From a virus (Duplodnaviria; Heunggongvirae; Uroviricota; Caudoviricetes), in IMG/VR virus record IMGVR_UViG_3300010368_000011, positions 1 to 64,000 of that record: a stretch of 64,000 nt of DNA. One strand, given 5' to 3'. Positions within the stretch are counted from its first letter, which is position 1, and each line of letters begins with the position of its first letter. Shown piece after piece: positions 20,800 to 29,353 of the stretch. Position numbers and translations under genes: made by a program. Below the pieces are notes generated by a model, which was given only the letters and a program-made list of their open reading frames with translations, had not been told where the DNA came from and searched no databases.

Positions 20800-21436
20800 T
20801 CGGAAAGTCCTTGTCTATCAATTCTTTCAAATCTGTGATCGTCATCGTGTAATCATCATCCGTTTTAAAGCGGAACAATGATGCATTGATATAAGTTTCG
20901 GTAAAACTTCCAGCTTCAACATCGATCAGATCAAACTTCACGGTTATGATCTGATCGTTGTCGTGTTTCATCATGGCATCCAGTAGTGCTTCACTGCATC
21001 CAGATCGAACACTCATCATGATACCTTGAAGATGATCATACTCGTGTTGAAAGATGCGAGCATCCATGTCTCTAAGAGTTTTCTCGACCGGTGACCCGTC
21101 AACGGTTTGATATTTCACATCGATTCGGTTAGGTCGCATGATATCATAAAGCACATTGTCTACGGATAGGCATCCTTCAATGAGTGATACCTTCTTTTTA
21201 CCACATGAAATGATTTCTGGATTACATACAGTATGAAATTCATATTTTGAATCACGATAGATGAAGACTTGTCGCAGTGATCCAATTTGAACAGCTGAAA
21301 TTCCAACCCCGTTTAACTCTGACATGGTTCGTAACAGTTGAGGAATCAAAAATTGTTCAAGCGTCGAGAAGTCAGTAACAGGTGACGACTTCTCGATTAA
21401 AACAGGATTCGGTGCTTTTTTAATTAACTGTTCCAT
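20765..21436 (-). CDS. def: peptide deformylase with ~85-aa C-terminal extension
   Basis: three PDF motifs GVGISAVQIG, EGCLS and QHEYDHLQG; start moved to ATG 21436 because the longer track ORF overlaps the divergent promoter/gene at 21455-21510. Confidence 0.8.
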   Translation of the reverse strand: MEQLIKKAPNPVLIEKSSPVTDFSTLEQFLIPQLLRTMSELNGVGISAVQIGSLRQVFIYRDSKYEFHTVCNPEIISCGKKKVSLIEGCLSVDNVLYDIMRPNRIDVKYQTVDGSPVEKTLRDMDARIFQHEYDHLQGIMMSVRSGCSEALLDAMMKHDNDQIITVKFDLIDVEAGSFTETYINASLFRFKTDDDYTMTITDLKELIDKDFPIKNIDLVSIPL

Positions 21437-21454
21437 GATCACTATATTTAACGG

Positions 21455-21483
21455 TTGACTTATTCTTATAACACGTTTATACA
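21455..21483 (+). promoter_or_regulatory. sigma70-like promoter (TTGACT-17-TATACA) followed by CAACGGGAGAG UTR box
   Basis: hexamers and spacing; member of repeated promoter-UTR cassette. Confidence 0.5.
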
Positions 21484-21509
21484 TAAAGTCAACAACGGGA
21501 GAGAAGATC

Positions 21510-21863
21510 ATGGCTAAGATTAATGCAACCATTTATTTCCTGACACGCGATTCTGATGAAATCAATCAGAACGGTTGGGAATGTGAAGCCGGTAAGAACT
21601 ATTGTGCGGCCCGGTTCGAGGGCGATATCACTCGTGGCGTCTATGAACCTGCGGCACGGATTGTTGCTGATGATCTTGATCCTGAAACCATTTGGGCGAT
21701 GACCCAAAATCTGGATACCCCTTGGTCTGATTTGGACCAGATCACGTGCATCACCGAATGCCCACGGTCCATGGATGTGTCCGATTATATCGTGTTCGAC
21801 CATGAGCCGAACGTTGCTTATGTTGTTGCCCCTGCTGGGTTCACCACCGTTACCTTGTACTAG
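21510..21863 (+). CDS. hypothetical protein (117 aa)
   Basis: ORF track; GGGAGAG RBS. Confidence 0.55.
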   Translation: MAKINATIYFLTRDSDEINQNGWECEAGKNYCAARFEGDITRGVYEPAARIVADDLDPETIWAMTQNLDTPWSDLDQITCITECPRSMDVSDYIVFDHEPNVAYVVAPAGFTTVTLY

Positions 21864-21871
21864 GAATTAAA

Positions 21872-22462
21872 ATGTTCACGCCTGTTTATATTGAAAACTT
21901 CCTGTCGCCGCCTGTGGCTGATGAAGTGTATCAAACTCTGATGACCGATCTGGATTGGGTCCACCGTGAGAATGTTCCTCGTAAGGAATATTGGGCAACC
22001 CTTAATAACCGTTCGTACACCTATGGCCGTGGCGTTGGAGTCAGAACCTATGATTCACAACCATCCCATGTGTACATTGAAGCGGTTCGTGACATGCTGG
22101 TGTCCATGAATGAAAAACATTCGTGGTCCGGTCGTTATGAAGGATGTTTCCTGAATCGTTATGATCATGGTCGCGACCAGCTTGGTTGGCATGCTGATGA
22201 TGATCCGGGTATTGATCATGATAATCCTATTGCTGTTGTTACCCTTGGTAATGCAAGAATGCTGCAATGGAAATTGATCAAGGACGCAGACGGTAATCCG
22301 GTCAAAGGGATGGATGCCATTAATGGTATCTTGCTGAAGCCGGGATCAGTCCTGTTTATGCCACCCGGTATGCAGGACGAATATTATCACAGGATTCCAA
22401 AGGCTGTTAGCCCGGAACCCGATGGTCCGAGAATTTCAATGACGTATCGGAGTTTGAAATGA
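21872..22462 (+). CDS. AlkB-like 2OG-Fe(II) oxygenase
   Basis: GWHADDD (HxD), later His in YYHRIP, C-terminal RISMTYR resembling AlkB RxxxTFR. Confidence 0.7.
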   Translation: MFTPVYIENFLSPPVADEVYQTLMTDLDWVHRENVPRKEYWATLNNRSYTYGRGVGVRTYDSQPSHVYIEAVRDMLVSMNEKHSWSGRYEGCFLNRYDHGRDQLGWHADDDPGIDHDNPIAVVTLGNARMLQWKLIKDADGNPVKGMDAINGILLKPGSVLFMPPGMQDEYYHRIPKAVSPEPDGPRISMTYRSLK

Positions 22463-22719
22463 AATATATATTGATGATTGTAGCTGTTATCGGTCTGATT
22501 GGTTGTTCGGCTGATAGTAATCATGATTACTATTTTCAAGATAGTGGTTTCCGTGTGTTCATTGATAGTGATACAGGGTGTGAATATGTATCGCGCACTC
22601 GATTCATTGGTTCATCTCGTAATATGTCACCGCGTTATGAAGCCGATGGCGTTCATGTTATGGGTTGCCGTGAATCAGATTATGCTCCTATGCCTGTTTA
22701 TGAAGGTGCATCAGAATAA
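22459..22719 (+). CDS. small lipoprotein (86 aa)
   Basis: signal peptide with lipobox LIGC. Confidence 0.5.
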   Translation: MKYILMIVAVIGLIGCSADSNHDYYFQDSGFRVFIDSDTGCEYVSRTRFIGSSRNMSPRYEADGVHVMGCRESDYAPMPVYEGASE

Positions 22720-22728
22720 TTTTTATTG

Positions 22729-22757
22729 TTGACACGGTTCTAGAAATTGGGTATAAG
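22729..22757 (+). promoter_or_regulatory. sigma70-like promoter (TTGACA-17-TATAAG) upstream of tRNA pair
   Basis: hexamers and spacing; followed by 21-codon mini-ORF and hairpin CACGTTTTC/GAAAACGTG. Confidence 0.5.
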
Positions 22758-22868
22758 TAAAACATGATAATGATTCGTGCCCTTCCGTTTGCAATCGCAC
22801 CCAAACACGTTTTCCGAAAACGTGCGTAAGCACAACTTTATCTAATTTCCAAATTTTGAAAAGTTTAT

Positions 22869-22942
22869 AAACCGGTAGCTCAGTCTGGCAGAGCAGTGGA
22901 TTCTTACTCCATGTGCCGTGGGTTCAAATCCCACCCGGTTTA
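22869..22942 (+). tRNA. tRNA-Lys(CUU)
   Basis: cloverleaf: acceptor AAACCGG/CCGGTTT, anticodon stem GTGGA/TCCAT, loop TTCTTAC, T-arm GTGGGTTCAAATCCCAC, A73 + encoded CCA. Confidence 0.75.
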
Positions 22943-22978
22943 CCAACTTTATGAAATAGGAGATGACTTTATAATAAT

Positions 22979-23059
22979 GGACACGTTCCCGAGCGGTCAA
23001 AGGGAATTGGCTTTTAACCAATTGCGCAAGCTTCGTGGGTTCGAATCCCACCGTGTTCA
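22979..23059 (+). tRNA. class-II-shaped (Tyr-like scaffold) tRNA with apparent UUU anticodon
   Basis: acceptor GGACACG/CGTGTTC, D-arm TTCCCGAGCGGTCAAAGGGA as in bacterial tRNA-Tyr, perfect anticodon stem AATTGG/CCAATT with loop CUUUUAA, 12-nt variable region, canonical T-arm, A73-CCA. Confidence 0.5.
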
Positions 23060-23062
23060 CCA

Positions 23063-23671
23063 TTATCTTTCAAAGCGTTCAATTAATATTTGTAATCTAG
23101 CATAATTAGCGCCCTTAGCCGCCATATCTAAAGATTTGAGTGTTTGAAATATATTATCGTTTTTTAAATAAGCTGTATACATTTCTTTGTCGGTGTATCT
23201 ATTTTTATTACTTTGTTTGTTCCGTCCTCGCCACGTTGGGGTTATACTATGACAATTGGGACATATCATTTTAAGATTCGATCTATCGTTGTTATCTCTA
23301 TTACCATCAATGTGTTCTAATTCTAACGAAATAAAATGACCTTTCCATTCATCAATATAACAATCGTGGCATTTGTAATCTTGTTCATATAATAATCTTT
23401 CTCTAAGCATCTCATACTTCAGAGAGTTAAAGTCAAGGGACAATATATATTCTTTTCTTGGTGGCCTGATGCCTTTGGCGGTTTGTAGTCGAGTGATATC
23501 TTCATCTGATAACGTTCTACCTGTTGGTTTACCTTTTAATTTATCGCTAACCTTTTTGTTGATTTCTTCTCGTTTGTCCTTTGTAGAAGAACTTCTAGCG
23601 CAATGGCTGGAACAAAAACGGCCAGAGCCATATGTTCCGTCATGATCATTATTACATTTTTCGCAAGTCAA
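23063..23671 (-). CDS. HNH homing endonuclease (paralogue of 8867..9367)
   Basis: LEHIDGNRDNNDRSNLKMICPNCHS motif; TTG start with AGAGGA RBS. Confidence 0.75.
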   Translation of the reverse strand: MTCEKCNNDHDGTYGSGRFCSSHCARSSSTKDKREEINKKVSDKLKGKPTGRTLSDEDITRLQTAKGIRPPRKEYILSLDFNSLKYEMLRERLLYEQDYKCHDCYIDEWKGHFISLELEHIDGNRDNNDRSNLKMICPNCHSITPTWRGRNKQSNKNRYTDKEMYTAYLKNDNIFQTLKSLDMAAKGANYARLQILIERFER

Positions 23672-23724
23672 TGGGTTTGAATCCTCTATTGACTTTATTT
23701 AGTCGAACACGTATGATCCTTGTA

Positions 23725-23732
23725 TATAAATA
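23725..23732 (+). promoter_or_regulatory. T4-late-like TATAAATA box
   Basis: exact TATAAATA 17 nt upstream of ATG 23749. Confidence 0.4.
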
Positions 23733-23748
23733 TTTTGGAGATAAAAGA

Positions 23749-24189
23749 ATGATTGATATTAATGTAGGCGATCAAGTAAAAACCACGAAGGCACCGAAGT
23801 GTACTGGTATCTTTGGTGGACTAGTTGATCAAGATCAAACCATTGGTGTTATTATTCTTGATAAACCAAAGCGCAATCGTCTTGTGGCGTGTGTGCCCGT
23901 CGAAAATATAAAGAAATCAAAACCCGTTGAGAAAGGCCCAGTGCTGACACCAATCGAAGTGGCGGTCGTGGGTGATTATGTCGAGTCTTGGTGGCTCACG
24001 GGTAAAAAAATTGACGGGAAGAATGCTGCTAAGGTTTTAGGCCGGGAAGAATACACCGGGAAATACCAAAAACTGATGTCACATATTTTGATTCTGACTG
24101 GTCGTGAGGGCGAGGGTCGTGTACGCGTCACGGTTGAACGAACCAAGATAGATACAACGATGCCAAATCTTAGACAATCAACCGGATAG
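23749..24189 (+). CDS. hypothetical protein (146 aa)
   Basis: track ORF trimmed to ATG after GGAGA RBS. Confidence 0.5.
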   Translation: MIDINVGDQVKTTKAPKCTGIFGGLVDQDQTIGVIILDKPKRNRLVACVPVENIKKSKPVEKGPVLTPIEVAVVGDYVESWWLTGKKIDGKNAAKVLGREEYTGKYQKLMSHILILTGREGEGRVRVTVERTKIDTTMPNLRQSTG

Positions 24190-24307
24190 TGGTTCAAGGG
24201 TCAGTAGCTTAACATCAACGCAGAGCACGGTATATCCGTAGGTGCCCCTGCAAGCGGGGTCTGATCCACCAATTATTTCTTCAATACGATCCAAGTATCT
24301 GAAAAAC

Positions 24308-24472
24308 TCAATTCGTGTCCCATTTCGGTAGCAGCAGCTTTAACGCTTTTCGCTTCACCCTGTTGCAACCAGAGAAATCCGGTTCGATTATATTGTTTTG
24401 CAAAAGAATATTCTTTCCAATTACCACTAGGTTCAGTGTTTCTCGTAGCGAAGTGATATCACGGTTTGTCAT
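24308..24472 (-). CDS. possible small protein (54 aa), not in track
   Basis: AGGAA RBS, ATG; preferred over opposite-strand track ORF 24315..24497 which has a junk-like composition. Confidence 0.3.
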   Translation of the reverse strand: MTNRDITSLRETLNLVVIGKNILLQNNIIEPDFSGCNRVKRKALKLLLPKWDTN

Positions 24473-24522
24473 ATTGTGTTCCTGTTATTCTATTTAATCT
24501 AACAGACAAACTAATAGTTTCT

Positions 24523-24530
24523 TATAAATA
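24523..24530 (+). promoter_or_regulatory. T4-late-like TATAAATA box
   Basis: exact TATAAATA 23 nt upstream of ATG 24554. Confidence 0.4.
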
Positions 24531-24553
24531 AAGTATACCATGGGAAATATAAT

Positions 24554-24916
24554 ATGACTAGTCCGTTCCGAAAAAAACTAGAAACGATTCTCAGTGAAGT
24601 CACACCAGATGATTTTGGTGCCGGTGATCACGCCACGAATATGCAAAATCGTGAAGAAGAAGAGATTACTACAGCTGGTGGATCAGGAAGCCGAACCCGT
24701 GCTTCAGCCCGTAGATGGATCAAAGGTAAATTGGCAACTCTTGCCAGCTTTGTTGATGACCCAGAACGTGATGGTGCTTTTGATGTGGAATTTATCAATC
24801 TGTTGAATTGGGTTGATGCCGTTTATCAAGACACCGATGGTTATAAAAGTGTTGTACACACTTATAAATATATTTTAGCGAAAAATGAACCAACTCCAAA
24901 TAAAGGTCCAAGATAA
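24554..24916 (+). CDS. hypothetical protein (120 aa)
   Basis: ORF track. Confidence 0.55.
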   Translation: MTSPFRKKLETILSEVTPDDFGAGDHATNMQNREEEEITTAGGSGSRTRASARRWIKGKLATLASFVDDPERDGAFDVEFINLLNWVDAVYQDTDGYKSVVHTYKYILAKNEPTPNKGPR

Positions 24917-25372
24917 ATGCCCGATATACTTAAAGAAAATCTAAATCGTATTTTCGAATTCAAAGATGATAGCGAATTCGATGCAGTTGGTGCTGCTAGT
25001 GCCGATGTGAAACAATTAGATACGGCAGCTGCTAACGCCTTGATTCAGGGTTTCATCAAACTTCTTGGAAAATATTCGCCTCGTGCTGATGAAACAAGCG
25101 TCAATAAGGATTCCGGTATTGCGAGCGTCCACATTCATTGCGAACTCGATGATACCCGCCAATCAATTGGCAAGATAATTGCCACTATCACTGATCATCT
25201 GTTAAATCAATTATCCGGTAAACCAGCTCCGCAAAAATATCGTCGCAGTGTTTATGGTAAATCCCATTATATAGTTGAGTGTTCATCTGGATCACTAGGA
25301 TTCAATGTTGATATTGCGCCGGTTGGTGGTCCAGACTTCGTTATTCGTGTCTGGAATATTCATTCTCTATAA
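24917..25372 (+). CDS. hypothetical protein (151 aa)
   Basis: ORF track, adjacent start. Confidence 0.55.
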   Translation: MPDILKENLNRIFEFKDDSEFDAVGAASADVKQLDTAAANALIQGFIKLLGKYSPRADETSVNKDSGIASVHIHCELDDTRQSIGKIIATITDHLLNQLSGKPAPQKYRRSVYGKSHYIVECSSGSLGFNVDIAPVGGPDFVIRVWNIHSL

Positions 25373-25677
25373 TGACCGAAGCACCGCCACCAACTGAATA
25401 TCTCGATGGCTGCACCCTGTTTCCTGATACGGTTGCAGATAATGTGATTGTTCAATGTTGTGACGCTCATGACGTTGCATATTGGTATGCACAAACAGCC
25501 GCAGAGAAGTTCAGTGCCGATGCTGAATTATTTGCATGTGTAGCGGCAACGGGTGATTGGTTCATGGTGGTGGTGGCTGCTGCAATGTTTGTCGGTGTTG
25601 CTACTGGTGGAACATATTTCTGGATGACCCGTGACAAAAGATGGAAGAAAAATGAAACTGGCACAACTGATATATGA
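25372..25677 (+). CDS. hypothetical membrane protein (101 aa)
   Basis: hydrophobic segment WFMVVVAAAMFVGVATGG. Confidence 0.5.
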   Translation: MTEAPPPTEYLDGCTLFPDTVADNVIVQCCDAHDVAYWYAQTAAEKFSADAELFACVAATGDWFMVVVAAAMFVGVATGGTYFWMTRDKRWKKNETGTTDI

Positions 25678-26119
25678 ATCTGTTGCTCGTATGCAGGTTG
25701 GCAAACAAATCCATGAGTTTTTGGGTGCTCCTATCTATTGGGCCGATTTTGATGAAGATCAAATCCTTGTTGCGATCAACCGTGGTGATGGAAAAATAAC
25801 TTCCGTGAAAAACACAGAATATAGAATGGAAGGTAATATTGTAGTCGGCGAAGAGCATTACGGGACCGTCACTATAGGCGTTGGTGAAGATCAACTGACT
25901 GTAACCCGTTTGATAAATATTGAATTACTTCGCGGTAAGAAGAAAAATGGAATTGGTACGAAGGTCGTAACATTATTAACCAACTGTACAAGTGATGGTG
26001 AATTAATAATAAACGATATCAAGAAATCGGCTAGACCGTTTTGGAATAAACTTGGTGCTGAATACTTTAAAGACGAAGGTCGTAATGATATGGTCAGTGC
26101 AAAAATTAAATTAGGATAA
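25652..26119 (+). CDS. GNAT-like acetyltransferase (155 aa), tentative
   Basis: trimmed to ATG with GGAAGAAAA RBS; RGKKKNGIGTKVV resembles GNAT motif A. Confidence 0.45.
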   Translation: MKLAQLIYESVARMQVGKQIHEFLGAPIYWADFDEDQILVAINRGDGKITSVKNTEYRMEGNIVVGEEHYGTVTIGVGEDQLTVTRLINIELLRGKKKNGIGTKVVTLLTNCTSDGELIINDIKKSARPFWNKLGAEYFKDEGRNDMVSAKIKLG

Positions 26120-26123
26120 CAAC

Positions 26124-26735
26124 ATGACCCATACATTAAAAGACAAATTAAAGACCATCATGGAAGTCAACGATGTTATGCTTCCTGAAATGAATGAGAC
26201 ATTGGTGCGGAGAATTACCAAAATCATTTCATCATTAGCTGATAGCATAAATGAAAAAAGCAAGATGAATGGTCATAAAACAAAATTTATTACCGCCGTT
26301 CCATTACAATATACAATCGATGGTGATATGGTTGGTGATGATGATGGTGAAAGACACAGAGTCCAGTGGGAAGAAGCTAGCCTTATTCTTAAGGTCGATT
26401 TCAAAAAATATTTCATGAAACGTAAGAATCGTGTTCAAGCGGATCATATCAGAGATGCAACTAAGGATTTTTTGAAGAAATTTGAACAAATAATTATTGC
26501 TAATTTACCAAATAGCACTAAGGTTGATTATTCTCATGCCGTTATTGAGCTGGATGCCGCCACTGATATGATAATTAATTATTCAGATTCAGACATTCCA
26601 CAAAAACTGGATAGGAATCATACCAATCATATAGGAAGCTCAATCATTACAATGACGTTTTCGTTCGTACCAAAGGGCGTAATGCGTGAACGTGAGAATG
26701 GCCTGAAGGCTAAAGAAGAAATCAGGGATTACTAA
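26124..26735 (+). CDS. hypothetical protein (203 aa)
   Basis: ORF track. Confidence 0.55.
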   Translation: MTHTLKDKLKTIMEVNDVMLPEMNETLVRRITKIISSLADSINEKSKMNGHKTKFITAVPLQYTIDGDMVGDDDGERHRVQWEEASLILKVDFKKYFMKRKNRVQADHIRDATKDFLKKFEQIIIANLPNSTKVDYSHAVIELDAATDMIINYSDSDIPQKLDRNHTNHIGSSIITMTFSFVPKGVMRERENGLKAKEEIRDY

Positions 26736-26752
26736 TCAATAGGGAAACAGAA

Positions 26753-27001
26753 ATGGTTGAACTAACAATTTGTTTAATTTCGGGTAAAGAAATTACGTTT
26801 TCGTTTGATGAAGACGGCATGGCACGCGATGCACTCGGTAGTATCGCTATGGTTGGCTTCTGTGCGAAGCACGAAAACGGTGAAAATCAGTTCGTTGCAG
26901 CGAATATGATTAAAAATATTCGCATGGGAAACCTAACGTTTCCAAAGACTTTGCTACCAACGACCGAAGAAATTATCACTCAAGCTGAATTAATTTCATA
27001 A
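26753..27001 (+). CDS. hypothetical protein (82 aa)
   Basis: ORF track. Confidence 0.5.
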   Translation: MVELTICLISGKEITFSFDEDGMARDALGSIAMVGFCAKHENGENQFVAANMIKNIRMGNLTFPKTLLPTTEEIITQAELIS

Positions 27002-27143
27002 TAGGGGTTGCAAACATTATCTGGAACCCCTAAGTATCTGTGTATGGGAGCTGCCAAGCTGTTCTGCCTCATGCGGGAGTTGTCCGAATAGGATAGTTCC
27101 CGCACCAATGCTCCGGTGATCTTAATAGGATTATCGGGGCACC

Positions 27144-27177
27144 AATGAAAGCCCTCGGTTAATAGCCGGGGGCTTTC
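27144..27177. repeat. 34-nt hairpin element AATGAAAGCCCTCGGTTAATAGCCGGGGGCTTTC (copy 1 of 2; copy 2 at 44703..44736)
   Basis: exact 34-nt identity between the two loci; 12-bp stem with 7-nt loop. Confidence 0.6.
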
Positions 27178-27192
27178 TCCATTTATGCTGTA

Positions 27193-27221
27193 TTGACAAC
27201 TGTTTTCGAATACAGTATACA
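27193..27221 (+). promoter_or_regulatory. sigma70-like promoter (TTGACA-17-TATACA) for Thg1-like gene
   Basis: hexamers and spacing. Confidence 0.5.
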
Positions 27222-27249
27222 TTGGTTTGGTTTTGAATGAGGGAATGAT

Positions 27250-28044
27250 ATGTCACCGGACCTTGGCAATCGTATGAAGAATTACGAAGCGTTTGAAACG
27301 TGTCGTAGAGTTGATGGTTCTCGTCCGGTGTATGTTCGGCTTGATGGTCGCTCCTTCTCCACCTTCACCAGTGGCATGACGAAGCCGTTCGATCAACGGA
27401 TGACCGAAGCCATGAATGAAACCACCAAGTACATGGTGCAAAAAACCAATTCCGTTATCGGTTATGTTCAATCAGATGAAATCAGTTTGATGATCACACC
27501 GACAACCGATACATCTCAATTGATGTTTGGTGGCAAAGTTCATAAAATGGTTAGCGTTTTTGCATCCATGGCCACGGCGAAACTCAACGCGTGTATTCGT
27601 GGGTGGGATGGGTATGAAGATCGCCTGCCCTGCTTTGACGCCCGTGTGATGAACCTGCCTGACCGTATGGAAGCGGTGAACATGCTTCGTTGGCGTTATA
27701 TGGATTGCACTCGTAATGCTATTCAATCAATCGCCCAGTCTATGTTCGATCATGGTGAACTACAGGGCATACAAACGGTTGATCTTATTGAGAAAATCCG
27801 AATGGCGGGTGTTGATCCATATTCATTCCCAAGTCGCAGCATGTATGGATCGTTCGTGCGTAGTGAAAAAGAATATAAATCATTAACGCCAGCTGAGTTG
27901 GCCCATATTCCAGAACACAAGCGCCCAACTGGTCCGTTTTTGCGTAGCGTGCTTAAGGTATACTCGACTGATATGTTTATACAACTGGTCAATCCGGTTG
28001 AAGTGATTTTTGATAATGCGGTTCCTATAATCAATAAAAGTTGA
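27250..28044 (+). CDS. Thg1-like protein (tRNA-His guanylyltransferase / 3'-5' nucleotidyltransferase family)
   Basis: N-terminal NYEAFE...VYVRLDGRSFSTF, GYVQSDEIS, FGGKVHKMVSVFASMATAKLN, CFDARV...LRWRYMDCTRNA track the conserved Thg1/TLP blocks; GAGGGA RBS. Confidence 0.7.
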   Translation: MSPDLGNRMKNYEAFETCRRVDGSRPVYVRLDGRSFSTFTSGMTKPFDQRMTEAMNETTKYMVQKTNSVIGYVQSDEISLMITPTTDTSQLMFGGKVHKMVSVFASMATAKLNACIRGWDGYEDRLPCFDARVMNLPDRMEAVNMLRWRYMDCTRNAIQSIAQSMFDHGELQGIQTVDLIEKIRMAGVDPYSFPSRSMYGSFVRSEKEYKSLTPAELAHIPEHKRPTGPFLRSVLKVYSTDMFIQLVNPVEVIFDNAVPIINKS

Positions 28045-28095
28045 CAAGTACTTTGTAACCTGATAGTCTGTACAAGAATTGAAAAGGGTGATGTT

Positions 28096-28419
28096 ATGAC
28101 TGATACGTTTTGGACTGGTCGTCGTGCAGAAGACGTTGCTGTTGCTAATAGCTTCGTTCCGATTACTGGTGCGACCCCTGTTACCGTGGTTGAAGAGTTT
28201 CGGACTTTCCAAAATGCGTATTACCGTTTCTATAATGATGGTGATCTTCCCAACTATCGCGCGATGACCCGTTTGGGCAAGGTTGTTTCTGTGGAATATG
28301 ACACCAGCCGCCGCGAACAATCTCTTGAGAATATTGGTGATGCCCTTCTTACGCGTGTCCTGACCGCCAAGAAGAACGGCACCATTGATCAAATTCCAAC
28401 CACACCGTTGGCACAATGA
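28096..28419 (+). CDS. hypothetical protein (107 aa)
   Basis: ORF track; promoter-like TTGACA at 28041. Confidence 0.5.
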   Translation: MTDTFWTGRRAEDVAVANSFVPITGATPVTVVEEFRTFQNAYYRFYNDGDLPNYRAMTRLGKVVSVEYDTSRREQSLENIGDALLTRVLTAKKNGTIDQIPTTPLAQ

Positions 28420-28934
28420 AACCTGTTCCACAACTTTCGGCAGAAGATCAAGTACGGGTAATGCCGGAACCGTTTTATGTTGGTTCGCCTCATAGCACGA
28501 TGGTGATGTTCGTTCTTTCGACAGAAGGTGAATTCGCACCAATTTTGCGTGATGGTTGTCGTCGCTTGGGTCGGTTCATCTTGCCACCGTTTCAACGGCC
28601 ACCAGTATGGACACAGGCACAACAAATCGCGTTGCTTGAAAGTATTTGGTTGGAGTTGCCTATTGGTTCGTTTGTTTATAACGCAAGCAACGATATGGAT
28701 GACGAATGTGATCAGTGGCTTATCGATGGCCAGCAACGAATCACAGCACTTCTTGCTTATGTCGCTGATGCGTTTCCGGTGTTTGGTTATCGGTATTCTG
28801 AACTCAGTGTTGTTGAGAAGCGTGGATTTTCTATGAAATCATTTCCATGCATCGAAACAAAAGACCAAAATCGTTGCGATCTGGAAAACATCTATAACCG
28901 GTTGGCATATGGCGGAACCCCGCATTCTCAATGA
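28416..28934 (+). CDS. DUF262 / ParB-like nuclease-domain protein
   Basis: LPPFQRPPVW...IDGQQRITAL pattern; GC-richer block. Confidence 0.55.
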   Translation: MKPVPQLSAEDQVRVMPEPFYVGSPHSTMVMFVLSTEGEFAPILRDGCRRLGRFILPPFQRPPVWTQAQQIALLESIWLELPIGSFVYNASNDMDDECDQWLIDGQQRITALLAYVADAFPVFGYRYSELSVVEKRGFSMKSFPCIETKDQNRCDLENIYNRLAYGGTPHSQ

Positions 28935-28942
28935 GGTTTAAT

Positions 28943-29155
28943 ATGAGTCGAATTACAATGATCATCGGAGCCGTCGCGGCTGTTCTGATCGTGGCCTTGG
29001 CTGCTTTTGTAGGCACATGGCTTTCGTTAGCTATGGGTGAATGGATTTCATCTATCGCAGACAAGACGACCATAGCGCTTTGGGTTGCACTCTTTATGGG
29101 TGTTATAACTGCTATCGCGGCGGTGTTCCATTTGACTGTTTGGCGTCGATACTGA
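28943..29155 (+). CDS. small membrane protein (70 aa, two TM helices)
   Basis: trimmed to ATG after GAGGT RBS. Confidence 0.45.
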   Translation: MSRITMIIGAVAAVLIVALAAFVGTWLSLAMGEWISSIADKTTIALWVALFMGVITAIAAVFHLTVWRRY

Positions 29156-29164
29156 ATTATAAGA

Positions 29165-29353
29165 ATGGCGGAACCGATCAGACCAAATATTTCGATAGTA
29201 TTTCGGGGCGATATACGGCACATTCCTCAATGGCGGCAATTCATTCGTACCAAAGACGCCATATATGAACTTGAAAGTGTTGCCCGAGAGGGTAAGCGTC
29301 AGGATAAAATGGTTCGGGCAATATATGTATTCAACACGGAGATTGTGTTATGA
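29165..29353 (+). CDS. hypothetical small protein (62 aa)
   Basis: ORF track. Confidence 0.35.
   Translation: MAEPIRPNISIVFRGDIRHIPQWRQFIRTKDAIYELESVAREGKRQDKMVRAIYVFNTEIVL

Noticed and set aside
22842-23105. Track ORFs 22842..23063(-) and 22896..23105(+)
   Set aside because: Overlap the two tRNA genes; no RBS.
24315-24497. 60-aa plus-strand ORF
   Set aside because: Junk-like composition; opposite strand has RBS-preceded 54-aa ORF (still low confidence).
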